64,000 bases of DNA from the IMG/VR virus record IMGVR_UViG_3300012347_000249, one strand, 5' to 3'. Shown piece after piece: positions 28,324 to 36,512 of this stretch; the stretch's first letter is position 1, and every line of letters begins with the position of its first letter. Both the position numbers and the translations under genes were made by a program. Below the pieces are notes generated by a model. That model had not been told where the DNA came from and searched no databases. It saw only the letters and a list, made by a program, of their open reading frames with translations. The DNA is from an uncultured virus (IMG/VR IMGVR_UViG_3300012347_000249) (lineage: Duplodnaviria > Heunggongvirae > Uroviricota > Caudoviricetes).

Positions 28324-28687
28324 AGTAGTATTTGCCAGCCCGGGCACCTTTGTAAGCGAGTCAACTGTAAAGGACATTGATTCCTGGAACGTTGAACAAG
28401 CAAAAACAATGGCACGTTCTATTAAAGAGCGACATGCTGCAACACCCTATGGGTTCCGGTTTGAAACATGGGAAGACTCTGTACGCACAAAAGTAAGCCC
28501 AATGTATTATCTTGGCGGCCAAGTTCGCACATACGAAATGGTGCTGTTAATGAACTTACCAGAAGAAAATATTTTGCGGAACAACATGCGTTACAATAAT
28601 ATTAAGCGAGTTATTTGTAATACTAATTCATACAAAGTAACTATGCCCTTAGAAGACGACGATATTGTTATCGAAGACTGGAATTAA
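28310..28687 (+). CDS. Hypothetical protein
   Basis: SPGTFVSES...ERHAATPYGFRF...ILRNNM. Confidence 0.75.
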   Translation: MIEHKVVFASPGTFVSESTVKDIDSWNVEQAKTMARSIKERHAATPYGFRFETWEDSVRTKVSPMYYLGGQVRTYEMVLLMNLPEENILRNNMRYNNIKRVICNTNSYKVTMPLEDDDIVIEDWN

Positions 28688-28733
28688 ATCCATTTTCCTG
28701 TATAATAAGGGCATTGTTATTACAGGTGATTAA

Positions 28734-29501
28734 ATGAGTCAAGTTCTTGTTTGGAAAAGTGATGCAGATGGCAAGTTGTTTGAAGACAAAGCCAAGTATA
28801 CCGCTCATCTTCGTAAACTTGGTGCAGCACGAGCACAGGTACGCCGACTAGAAAAACGTGCAGCCGAACGCGAAGTGTTCTTAGACACAATGGGACAAGT
28901 TGCATCATTTGATGAGCTACAACAGTTCATCGTTAAGAACTGGAGCTTCTTCCGTGACAACATGATCCAGAAAAATAACTGGCGCAAACGCAACCAATAT
29001 CCCAAGAAGGCCGATCAGCTTATCGACTTGACGCTGTCTGGCTTGCACTTTGTTAAAGAACTTAGTAATAGTCATTCTTCGCCACGCAAAGGTGTTAATA
29101 ACTTCGACTCCCGCCATGAACGCAACCAAGGCAAGCCCACAGCCTATGCAGGCTGGCGCGGTCGCATTAGTTACAGCGTAACAAGTTCAAGTGGCTTTGG
29201 CAGCGATTACTTTAATGGCACACCTATTTGCACTGGATCGGGTGGTGGTGGCGATGAGCGTTTGTCTTATGAGTTGAAACTGTGGGCAGCAGACTTTCCT
29301 GTGATGTGGGAAAAACACTGCCGTGACACTTGGGTTATGCTTGAGAATCAAGAACGACAACATGTGTGGCGTGCAGTTGGGGGCAGTGGCTTGGCTATTC
29401 CCGCAACCGAAGCTGACATCCCAGCAGACTGGGTATTGCCCGATCCACTAGAAGCAACGTCTTACTATACTGGGCAAACTTACGGAAGTGAGACAGCATG
29501 A
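28734..29501 (+). CDS. Hypothetical protein
   Basis: SNSHSSP..G..N...GWRGRI...TGSGGG; TATAAT and AGGT upstream. Confidence 0.8.
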   Translation: MSQVLVWKSDADGKLFEDKAKYTAHLRKLGAARAQVRRLEKRAAEREVFLDTMGQVASFDELQQFIVKNWSFFRDNMIQKNNWRKRNQYPKKADQLIDLTLSGLHFVKELSNSHSSPRKGVNNFDSRHERNQGKPTAYAGWRGRISYSVTSSSGFGSDYFNGTPICTGSGGGGDERLSYELKLWAADFPVMWEKHCRDTWVMLENQERQHVWRAVGGSGLAIPATEADIPADWVLPDPLEATSYYTGQTYGSETA

Positions 29502-29746
29502 TCGAATATGCAGTAACTGATGTCATTGACCAAGAGATCAAAGTAGATGACTTTGTGGTGTTCTACAGCAATATCTACAAAGTCAAAGCAGTGGGCACCA
29601 CTATGTATAGCAACGGCGGGGGCGTGGTGCGTATGAAGATTGTGGACAATCCCAGTGCAAAATCTGTGGCCAAACACAGCAAGGATATTGCTAAACTGGA
29701 TCAGCAGCAAGTACTACTCTGGATGCTGAAGCAAGGTTATAAGTGA
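29498..29746 (+). CDS. Small SH3/KOW-like protein
   Basis: TDVIDQEIKVDDFVVF. Confidence 0.7.
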   Translation: MIEYAVTDVIDQEIKVDDFVVFYSNIYKVKAVGTTMYSNGGGVVRMKIVDNPSAKSVAKHSKDIAKLDQQQVLLWMLKQGYK

Positions 29747-29946
29747 GCGAATCCGAGAATACGTTCCGTGCCCTTAAAGGTCAAGAACTTCTTGTGACTA
29801 GATTTGGTTGCAGAATTGGGTGGCATGTGTGGGAAAAATACAAAGACCCGCAAAGAATGATAGAAGGTGGTTATAATATAACTTACCAAACTCGTGTTTG
29901 CGGGTACTGCAATCTGCAGGATCTTAAGGTGCTAAGAAAGGAATAA
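29743..29946 (+). CDS. Small Zn-binding protein
   Basis: CRIGWHVW...RVCGYC. Confidence 0.65.
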   Translation: MSESENTFRALKGQELLVTRFGCRIGWHVWEKYKDPQRMIEGGYNITYQTRVCGYCNLQDLKVLRKE

Positions 29947-29948
29947 TA

Positions 29949-29987
29949 GTGGAACGAATAAAAGAACATTTCGGAGTTGAGGAATGA
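29949..29987 (+). pseudogene. Collapsed Family-B remnant (VERIKEHFGVEE*)
   Basis: Family N-term fused directly to family C-term. Confidence 0.65.
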
Positions 29988-30130
29988 CTACACTAATGAA
30001 ACAAATTGCCGACGCACAGAAACAAGTTAAACTAATGGCAAAACAGTTTGGTCGTGCCAGTCAACAATACAAAGATGCAGTCAAATATCAAGCCGATCTT
30101 GTACTCAAACAAATGCAAGGTGCAAGATGA
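29984..30130 (+). CDS. 48-aa hypothetical protein (not in ORF track)
   Basis: MTTLMKQIADAQKQ...QGAR*; ATGA-coupled at both ends. Confidence 0.6.
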   Translation: MTTLMKQIADAQKQVKLMAKQFGRASQQYKDAVKYQADLVLKQMQGAR

Positions 30131-30387
30131 ACGAACGAATTAAACAACTTAAACACGAAGCATATCAGTTTGCAAACTCAAACTGTGGTGACGAATTTGG
30201 CGGCGTTGATGAAATGAAGCGCCGCCTGAAGTTTGAAGAAAAGTTCGCCGAGTTGATTGTTCGGGAATGTTTAGATATTGCTAAAAATTGGGAGGACGAA
30301 CTAGAAAATGCCAACATGCTCAGCGAATCAAATGCAGCTGGCATCGTGGCATATCGAATTGCACGACAATTTGAAGTTGAAGAATGA
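30127..30387 (+). CDS. Family-B small protein
   Basis: MNERIKQL...KFAELIVREC...QFEVEE. Confidence 0.8.
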   Translation: MNERIKQLKHEAYQFANSNCGDEFGGVDEMKRRLKFEEKFAELIVRECLDIAKNWEDELENANMLSESNAAGIVAYRIARQFEVEE

Positions 30388-30563
30388 ACTGGGAAGCAAC
30401 TGAAATCTTGCTACAATTAGTCAAGGATCAGTTTATTGTAGAACACAATAAATCCAAGGAAAATCAAAGCGAAGCAAGATTGAGAGAACTACGACAGGCC
30501 GCTGTTGGCTTGCATGAACAACGAATTTTCTTGAATGTAAAACGATTGAAGGAAACAAAATGA
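30384..30563 (+). CDS. 59-aa hypothetical protein (not in ORF track)
   Basis: MNWEATEILLQLVKDQF...KETK*; ATGA-coupled at both ends. Confidence 0.6.
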   Translation: MNWEATEILLQLVKDQFIVEHNKSKENQSEARLRELRQAAVGLHEQRIFLNVKRLKETK

Positions 30564-30805
30564 TAAACGAACGAATTCGAGAACTCATTGAACAGGCCAC
30601 TACCGAAGAGCACGACGGCTTTCGTTATTTTGATAAGAAAAAGTTCGCCGAGTTGATTGTGCAGGAATGTATTGGCATTGTAGAAGCACAAAAGGAATCA
30701 TTGTGCGAAGATGAAAACACTTGGTGTGACAGGGATTATGGTTACGAAATGGCGGTGAATGATTCGGTTGATATGGTTAAGAAACATTTTGGAGTTGAAG
30801 AATGA
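30560..30805 (+). CDS. Family-B small protein
   Basis: MINERIREL...KFAELIVQEC...HFGVEE. Confidence 0.8.
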   Translation: MINERIRELIEQATTEEHDGFRYFDKKKFAELIVQECIGIVEAQKESLCEDENTWCDRDYGYEMAVNDSVDMVKKHFGVEE

Positions 30806-31095
30806 TTAGTTTTAGTTTTAATTTGCGTAACCCATTTAGTGACCGTTGGGACAATATCTACAATCGTAGTGCAGTAGTCGATCGGTTGCACAAGGCTGTG
30901 GAGTTTGAAGTTTACCGTGATACAACCATTGTGAGCTTTGCATTCCGTTGGAACATTAGACAAGACCACGCTGGCATGAGCTTGGATCTTGGCTTGCTGG
31001 GCTATACTGTATCAGCACAGTATTACGACACACGCCACTGGAATGATGAAGCGGGTCGTTTTAACATTTACGACAGTGCAGGTAACGCATCATAA
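30802..31095 (+). CDS. Hypothetical protein
   Basis: QDHAG...LGLLGY...YDTRHWN. Confidence 0.7.
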   Translation: MISFSFNLRNPFSDRWDNIYNRSAVVDRLHKAVEFEVYRDTTIVSFAFRWNIRQDHAGMSLDLGLLGYTVSAQYYDTRHWNDEAGRFNIYDSAGNAS

Positions 31096-31334
31096 TGGCT
31101 AACTACGCAGAATATTTTGCTGCACGAGATGCAGACTTGCCTAAGCCCAAGTACAACTACGGCGATCGTGTTTTTGGCCACTGGAATAAGATTCCTTTCA
31201 TTGCCAGTGTGATCCGTGAAGAACACAAAACAGTGTTAGTTCAAACTGACTTGCCTGTTATGTACGAAGAACAAACCCACAACATCTTAAAGCTGTCACG
31301 GGCAGATGTTAAACTATTAAAGAACTATGACTGA
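31095..31334 (+). CDS. SH3-like hypothetical protein
   Basis: PKYNYGDRVFGHWNKIPF. Confidence 0.7.
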   Translation: MANYAEYFAARDADLPKPKYNYGDRVFGHWNKIPFIASVIREEHKTVLVQTDLPVMYEEQTHNILKLSRADVKLLKNYD

Positions 31335-31593
31335 GCATCTGTTAGGTTACAATGAACGTCCAGTGGAAGTAGATGGTGAGTACGATTACAACAAGCGTTC
31401 CTACATCTTTGATCCAATCTACGAAGCACGCCGCGGATTCCTAGTTACACAAGCTATGATGATGTGCCGCGAATGCGGGCATGTAATTAAAAGTACAGGC
31501 GGGCCAGGATACCGTAGCGTTTGCTTAAACTGCTATCCTGTGCTAAAATTAGCAGACTTTGCCCAAGGGCATCAACATAATGTTACGGAGTAA
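31327..31593 (+). CDS. Zn-finger small protein
   Basis: CREC...CLNC. Confidence 0.7.
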   Translation: MTEHLLGYNERPVEVDGEYDYNKRSYIFDPIYEARRGFLVTQAMMMCRECGHVIKSTGGPGYRSVCLNCYPVLKLADFAQGHQHNVTE

Positions 31594-31596
31594 ACC

Positions 31597-31791
31597 ATGA
31601 TCGAAATGCGTTGGTATTTGCCAGTTAGTGGCGACAAAGTTTTACAGTATCGTCAAAAGATTGATGTTACTGTTCGAGCAGCAACTGCTGGCATGTGGGA
31701 CTCAAAGTCCATTGCAGAAACTGCTAACATGCAATGGAGCCCTTGGAAAGAAGTCCCATTAGAGTCAGAACGCAATCCAGATTTTCCTTAA
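31597..31791 (+). CDS. Hypothetical protein
   Basis: EMRW...VLQYR...WSPWKEVP; GGAG RBS. Confidence 0.7.
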   Translation: MIEMRWYLPVSGDKVLQYRQKIDVTVRAATAGMWDSKSIAETANMQWSPWKEVPLESERNPDFP

Positions 31792-31863
31792 TACTTTAGT
31801 GTACTTGTGGGTAATTGAGTTTGAGCATATAATAGATATATCAAAACTCTGATAAATATCTGT

Positions 31864-32064
31864 ATGAAAATTAACGAAATTACCCAAGTTAACTTGCAAG
31901 CTCTTAAAGAGAGTTTAGAGCAATCTAATAACACTGGTGTCTCTACAGATAATTTAATGGCCATTGCTGAACAACATGTCAAAGGTACATGGAGTAAAGC
32001 AATGACTCTTGAAGAATCTTTAGCGGAGGATCAACGAATATTAGCCGAGGCAATGGCCAAATGA
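31864..32064 (+). CDS. Small late protein with MKINEI head-targeting-like N-terminus (antitoxin position)
   Basis: TAAATA at 31853; MKINEIT...LKES; ATGA-coupled to a toxin-like gene. Confidence 0.7.
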   Translation: MKINEITQVNLQALKESLEQSNNTGVSTDNLMAIAEQHVKGTWSKAMTLEESLAEDQRILAEAMAK

Positions 32065-32429
32065 GCGTTGTTTTTAAGAATAGCCCCGAGTACGTTAGTA
32101 CACTGGCTAAGTGGGCAGTTGGTAATCCTGCGTTGGTTGACAAAATATCGGAATTTAAACGCACCAAAATGGCTAATCCCATGCAGCCATTTGGTAAAAA
32201 CGACACCAGACTGGTTGCAGATGCACCTCTGGGTAGAGCAGTCCCTGGCCTAAGACATGCACATCTCACACAAGATTTAAGCATCTTTTACACCTTAGGC
32301 GGATCTAATCCCCACGTTTTTAATTTGTTTGGCATCTATAGCCACAATGAAAGCGGTACAGGGAATAGTCAGAACATTAAAATTCAAAAGAATCTAGGTA
32401 AGCGCCTAGCAAATCAATCGTTTATGTAA
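32061..32429 (+). CDS. RelE/YafQ-like mRNA interferase-fold protein
   Basis: ND..L......LRHAHLTQDLSIFY...LFGIYSHNE resembles YafQ DH.L.G...RECHI.PD.LLIY...GTHSEL. Confidence 0.65.
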   Translation: MSVVFKNSPEYVSTLAKWAVGNPALVDKISEFKRTKMANPMQPFGKNDTRLVADAPLGRAVPGLRHAHLTQDLSIFYTLGGSNPHVFNLFGIYSHNESGTGNSQNIKIQKNLGKRLANQSFM

Positions 32430-32460
32430 TATAAAATTGCTCATAGTGTATAATAGCACT

Positions 32461-32757
32461 ATGAACGATCCGCAAACATATTACAAAATTCGTCACAAAG
32501 TAACCAAGCGTTGGAGCAAAGGCGGCGTCTACGCCAATGCAGAAGGCAACAACGGATATTGGGTCGAAAAAGGTGGCAAGACTTGGGACACCCTAGGTAA
32601 ACTTCGTGCTCACATTACCAGCCACTTAGGCAAGTACAGCGGCAGCACTGATATGAGCAATTGGGAAGTGGTTGAGTACAAGATGACTTACCAAGATACC
32701 AAAGGCATTCATTCGGTTATGGATCCAAAGAAACTTGTGGAGCTATTAAAGAGATGA
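32461..32757 (+). CDS. Hypothetical protein
   Basis: YYKIRHK...SKGG...GKTWDTLGKLRAH; TATAAT 6 nt upstream. Confidence 0.75.
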   Translation: MNDPQTYYKIRHKVTKRWSKGGVYANAEGNNGYWVEKGGKTWDTLGKLRAHITSHLGKYSGSTDMSNWEVVEYKMTYQDTKGIHSVMDPKKLVELLKR

Positions 32758-32972
32758 ACGAACGTATTCGTCAAATTGCTCAACAGGCTGGCTTACAGCC
32801 TTTCGAAGACTGTGGCCCAGGTTACGTGTATAAAATGGAAAAGTTCACTGAGTTGCTGGTTAATGAATGTGCTGATATTGCTAATCAACAATTCAAAGCA
32901 GCAACAGGCCTAGATGATCGTGATTGTTGGACTGCTGCCGAGATGAAACAACGGTTCGGAGTTATTAAATGA
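32754..32972 (+). CDS. Family-B small protein
   Basis: MNERIRQIA...KFTELLVNEC...RFGVIK. Confidence 0.8.
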   Translation: MNERIRQIAQQAGLQPFEDCGPGYVYKMEKFTELLVNECADIANQQFKAATGLDDRDCWTAAEMKQRFGVIK

Positions 32973-33205
32973 GCTGTACACACTCTCGTGAAACTAGCCG
33001 TTGGGTAGATGACGATGATTGGTCGCCACAGGACGGTGGGTCAACTGGGCACTGGGAATACGAAACTGTTTACACAACTGTTGATATTGATTTGCACCGA
33101 TATAAGTGTACACAATGCGGCGAGATAATGTACTACTCTGGTAGAGCTAAACAGTACTACGAAGAGGGTGTTAAGTTTGATTGGATTAAAGGACTAGACA
33201 AATGA
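32969..33205 (+). CDS. Zn-ribbon small protein
   Basis: CTH...CTQCG. Confidence 0.7.
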   Translation: MSCTHSRETSRWVDDDDWSPQDGGSTGHWEYETVYTTVDIDLHRYKCTQCGEIMYYSGRAKQYYEEGVKFDWIKGLDK

Positions 33206-33366
33206 CCTTTCGATTCTGGTGTCAGTTAAAGTGGTACGAACATGTTGACGAAATCATCATGATAGATGGTGTTGAGCCATCGTACACTAGTCAGCAATAC
33301 TTCAACAAATACCGATGGTGGCTAAAGCGTGAATACCAATACCAACAAAAAAGAAACGTTCTATAA
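33202..33366 (+). CDS. 54-aa hypothetical protein (not in ORF track)
   Basis: MTFRFWCQLKWYEH...YFNKYRWWLKREY; ATGA-coupled. Confidence 0.6.
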   Translation: MTFRFWCQLKWYEHVDEIIMIDGVEPSYTSQQYFNKYRWWLKREYQYQQKRNVL

Positions 33367-33829
33367 AAAAGAAGGTCGCAAGTACGTACCAGTGTACGAG
33401 TACGATCAAGAACTAATGGATGCGTTTCCGCAAGGGGCACATCTAGTGATTTGTTATCCTGGCGGCAAAAGCACACGCTATAATGTTGATCCAAACTATG
33501 CTGCAATGATTGCAGCAGGTCGGCTTGCTGAAGATGCTGTGTCTAATGCTTTAGTTAAAGCAACAGAGATACGCAGACAAAAACGCTCCGAACAGCCTTT
33601 AACTCCTGGTCAACGTGATGCATGGGAAAAACTAGTTGAAGAGTTTGGCCCCGATGCTAAACAGCTAGAATGGCCTAGTGCCCGCGAATGTTCAGAAGCC
33701 GCTGTAAAAGCAATGATAGATGAAGCAGAACGACTTATGCAGCACGAAAGCGTTAGACTTGCTTACGAGCACTTTCAGATGGTTTGCAAACTAACAATGG
33801 AAAATAAAAATGACACCGGAAGTATTTGA
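33329..33829 (+). CDS. Hypothetical protein
   Basis: FYKKEGRKYVPV...VDPNYAAMIAAGR. Confidence 0.75.
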   Translation: MNTNTNKKETFYKKEGRKYVPVYEYDQELMDAFPQGAHLVICYPGGKSTRYNVDPNYAAMIAAGRLAEDAVSNALVKATEIRRQKRSEQPLTPGQRDAWEKLVEEFGPDAKQLEWPSARECSEAAVKAMIDEAERLMQHESVRLAYEHFQMVCKLTMENKNDTGSI

Positions 33830-34040
33830 ACGCAACCGTAAGGTTATGCGTAACTATCGCATCAATGACAACGTTATCGTTAACGGACAGTTTGGCACTA
33901 TCGTCGATTACGATGCGTGGAACAATGAACGCAAAGTGTATTTGATTATCAAAATGCACACTGAGGGCAAGCTGCGTCGAGAAGATGCTGTTGCACATTG
34001 GACCATTGACGCCGACTTAACTAAGGTAGAGCATGTATGA
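33810..34040 (+). CDS. SH3-like small protein
   Basis: YRINDNVIVNGQFGTIV. Confidence 0.65.
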   Translation: MTPEVFERNRKVMRNYRINDNVIVNGQFGTIVDYDAWNNERKVYLIIKMHTEGKLRREDAVAHWTIDADLTKVEHV

Positions 34041-34423
34041 AAACGTATCTTACACCCAAAGAGTTTGCTGACTTGTTCTGGCACTTCTTTGTTACCCGCC
34101 TTGAGCGTTACGATCGTACTGCTAGCCAATGCGACATGATCCTTGCTAACCTATTCAGGCAGTACGAGAAGGACGTCAAGGAAACCTTGGAAGGTTCCAT
34201 GTATGGTATCGAAGAGTTCAAAGGTGATAATGCCAACAACCTTATTGGCTATCAATTCCACAAGAGCTTCCGTCAAGTGGATGTAATTCCGGCCAAACAC
34301 ATTGATAGCATCATTTGGTCTTGCATTCAAGATGCACCTGTATTCTGGCGAGCAATGGAAAGTGCCTGCAAAATCCTTGTTAAAGAGGATGCCGCAGAGC
34401 TTTACAAAGACGAGGTTTGGTAA
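34037..34423 (+). CDS. Hypothetical protein
   Basis: 128-aa coupled ORF. Confidence 0.7.
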   Translation: MKTYLTPKEFADLFWHFFVTRLERYDRTASQCDMILANLFRQYEKDVKETLEGSMYGIEEFKGDNANNLIGYQFHKSFRQVDVIPAKHIDSIIWSCIQDAPVFWRAMESACKILVKEDAAELYKDEVW

Positions 34424-34746
34424 TGAACGAACGAATTAACGAACTTGCTATCCAAGCCGGGGGAATCTGGCAGGGTGGATACGTTGACAATCATGCTGGC
34501 GATGGAGTCTACACAGACAAGAAGTTTGTCAGCGGTGGCGACATGGATGTAGAACAATTCGCCCGGTTGCTTATTCAAGAATGTGCTAAAATTGTAGAGG
34601 ATAGTACCTGGAATCTTCCGCACGGATATAAGGCAGTAGATCAGGCTAAGTTAGTTAAACAACATTTCGGAGTTGACGAATGCACGAACGAATTCGAGAA
34701 CTTTCCCTGCAGGCTGGCATTCATTTTGGTCGTAGTGCCACTTTAG
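34423..34746 (+). CDS. Family-B small protein with lost stop codon
   Basis: MNERINELA...FARLLIQEC...HFGVDE, then TGC where TGA is expected. Confidence 0.75.
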   Translation: MNERINELAIQAGGIWQGGYVDNHAGDGVYTDKKFVSGGDMDVEQFARLLIQECAKIVEDSTWNLPHGYKAVDQAKLVKQHFGVDECTNEFENFPCRLAFILVVVPL

Positions 34747-34913
34747 ATGGTAATGACATTGCTCGTTTTGTTACAACTTCTGATATGGAAAAGTTCGCCG
34801 AGTTGATTGTTAGGGAATGTGCCAATGTTATAACAGAAACACGCTGGCATCTTCCACCGACACAACAACAAATTGCTATTGGTATCAAAGAACATTTCGG
34901 AGTTGAAGAATGA
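34680..34913 (+). CDS. Family-B small protein
   Basis: MHERIREL...KFAELIVREC...HFGVEE. Confidence 0.8.
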   Translation: MHERIRELSLQAGIHFGRSATLDGNDIARFVTTSDMEKFAELIVRECANVITETRWHLPPTQQQIAIGIKEHFGVEE

Positions 34914-35071
34914 AAGAATATCAAGTATATTACCTAGTCAGTGTTGAGGGCATTGAAGCTGGGCCCTTCCCAACAGTGGATGCAGCAGTGCATGGCAAGA
35001 GCAAGTTCATCCCACCATTTCAGTCTTTGCTCTCTATAGTTAAGAGCACCATTAAAGCAGAGCCATTATGA
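34910..35071 (+). CDS. 53-aa hypothetical protein (not in ORF track)
   Basis: MKEYQVYYLV...AGPFPTVDAA; coupled. Confidence 0.55.
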   Translation: MKEYQVYYLVSVEGIEAGPFPTVDAAVHGKSKFIPPFQSLLSIVKSTIKAEPL

Positions 35072-35193
35072 CTTTAACCAGAATCAGTTTAGATAAAGAC
35101 AATCGTATGCTAAGATTAGGCATCGGCAAGAATGACGGCAACTGGTTTGCTAGAGTTGACTTGTGGTGTGTAGGATATAGGATTACACGATGA
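35068..35193 (+). CDS. 41-aa hypothetical protein (not in ORF track)
   Basis: MTLTRISLDK...WFARVDLWCVGYRITR; coupled at both ends. Confidence 0.6.
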   Translation: MTLTRISLDKDNRMLRLGIGKNDGNWFARVDLWCVGYRITR

Positions 35194-35399
35194 ACGAACG
35201 AATTACGGAACTTATGCGTGAAGCTGGTATGAGTTTCTCCTCCCAGACTGAACGAATTGTCTCCCGAGAAGAAGCATTAAAGTTCGCTGAGTTGATTGTG
35301 AAAGAATGTGCCTCATTATTTGATCCAGACTTACAGGATGAGCACGAAGAATGGGTAATTCGTAAAAGTATCCTAAATCATTTCGGAGTTGAAGAATGA
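35190..35399 (+). CDS. Family-B small protein
   Basis: MNERITEL...KFAELIVKEC...HFGVEE. Confidence 0.8.
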   Translation: MNERITELMREAGMSFSSQTERIVSREEALKFAELIVKECASLFDPDLQDEHEEWVIRKSILNHFGVEE

Positions 35400-35662
35400 G
35401 CAAAGGTAGCGAACTTTTTGATGCAGTGACAAAACTGGACCATCCTTTGGCTCGTAAATTGAAAGAACTACACGCAGAGGCTTTTGCGTTGCCAACCACC
35501 GATGATGCTGAAAAGTTTTTAACAGAGTGGAAAAAGAACAATCCTGAAGAAGCACGAGCCATGCACGAGTTTATCTTTGGGGATTTAATGGATGAACGAG
35601 AAAGTCGCCGTGAAGTTAAATCAGAGTTAGGCTACAGTCGCATCGGAAGGAACAATGTATGA
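35396..35662 (+). CDS. Hypothetical protein
   Basis: Coupled ORF. Confidence 0.65.
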   Translation: MSKGSELFDAVTKLDHPLARKLKELHAEAFALPTTDDAEKFLTEWKKNNPEEARAMHEFIFGDLMDERESRREVKSELGYSRIGRNNV

Positions 35663-35931
35663 ACGAACGAACTAAAGATGTGAATCCACATGTCTACTCA
35701 GCTTGGCAACAAGCGGCAGCAACAGTTAGCCCGTTGAAAACAGGCGGCGAGTGGCAAAAAGATTTTGTGATTAAGTTTGCTGAGTTGATTGCTCTGGACT
35801 GTATGAAACTTTGCACAGAGGTTAAAGAAGACTTATTTACTATCCAAGATAATGATAAGCGTGATCTAGCAGAAATGGCTGCTACGTTTTGCTACGAAGC
35901 AATCAAGAGTGAATTTGGGGTTGAAGAATGA
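35659..35931 (+). CDS. Family-B small protein
   Basis: MNERTK...KFAELIALDC...EFGVEE. Confidence 0.8.
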   Translation: MNERTKDVNPHVYSAWQQAAATVSPLKTGGEWQKDFVIKFAELIALDCMKLCTEVKEDLFTIQDNDKRDLAEMAATFCYEAIKSEFGVEE

Positions 35932-36512
35932 AAAACAGTGTAATTTTAGTTGATGCTGATGGCGTGCTTTTGAATTGGGAGTACGCATTTGATATCTGGA
36001 TGGAACAGCACGGATTTAAAAAGATTCCCGGTGCCGAGTTTGAATACGACATTGCCAAGAACTACAACATTGACAGAGAACAAGGCAAGAAGCTGATTAA
36101 GATCTTTAACGAATCTGCTGCCATTGGATTCTTGCCGCCATTGCGTGATGCCATGTATTATGTAAAGCGCCTACACGAAGAATTTGGTTATGTGTTTCAC
36201 TGCATCACTAGTCTTAGCCTTGACCCAAACGCAGGCAAGCTGCGTGAAATGAATCTCAAAAAGTTGTTCGGTGACACAGCATTTGAAAAGGTTGTTTGCT
36301 TAGACACAGGCGCAGACAAATATGATGCACTGTTGCCCTACAAAGGCACAGGTTGCTGGTGGGTTGAGGACAAGCCTGAAAACGCCGAAGTTGGTGCAAG
36401 CCTTGGCCTGCGTAGCATTCTCATTGAGCACGGACACAACATGTACCACTTTCACAACGATGTGCAAAAAGTAATTAACTGGAAAGAAGCGTTTGAGATA
36501 ATTACTAAATGA
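35928..36512 (+). CDS. HAD-family 5'(3')-deoxyribonucleotidase-like phosphatase
   Basis: ILVDADGVLLNW; ITS; WVEDKPEN. Confidence 0.85.
   Translation: MKNSVILVDADGVLLNWEYAFDIWMEQHGFKKIPGAEFEYDIAKNYNIDREQGKKLIKIFNESAAIGFLPPLRDAMYYVKRLHEEFGYVFHCITSLSLDPNAGKLREMNLKKLFGDTAFEKVVCLDTGADKYDALLPYKGTGCWWVEDKPENAEVGASLGLRSILIEHGHNMYHFHNDVQKVINWKEAFEIITK

Noticed and set aside
30241..35399. CRISPR array or DGR template/variable repeats
   Set aside because: The repeats are irregularly spaced and in-frame in coding paralogs; there is no cas or RT gene and no adenine-specific mismatch pattern
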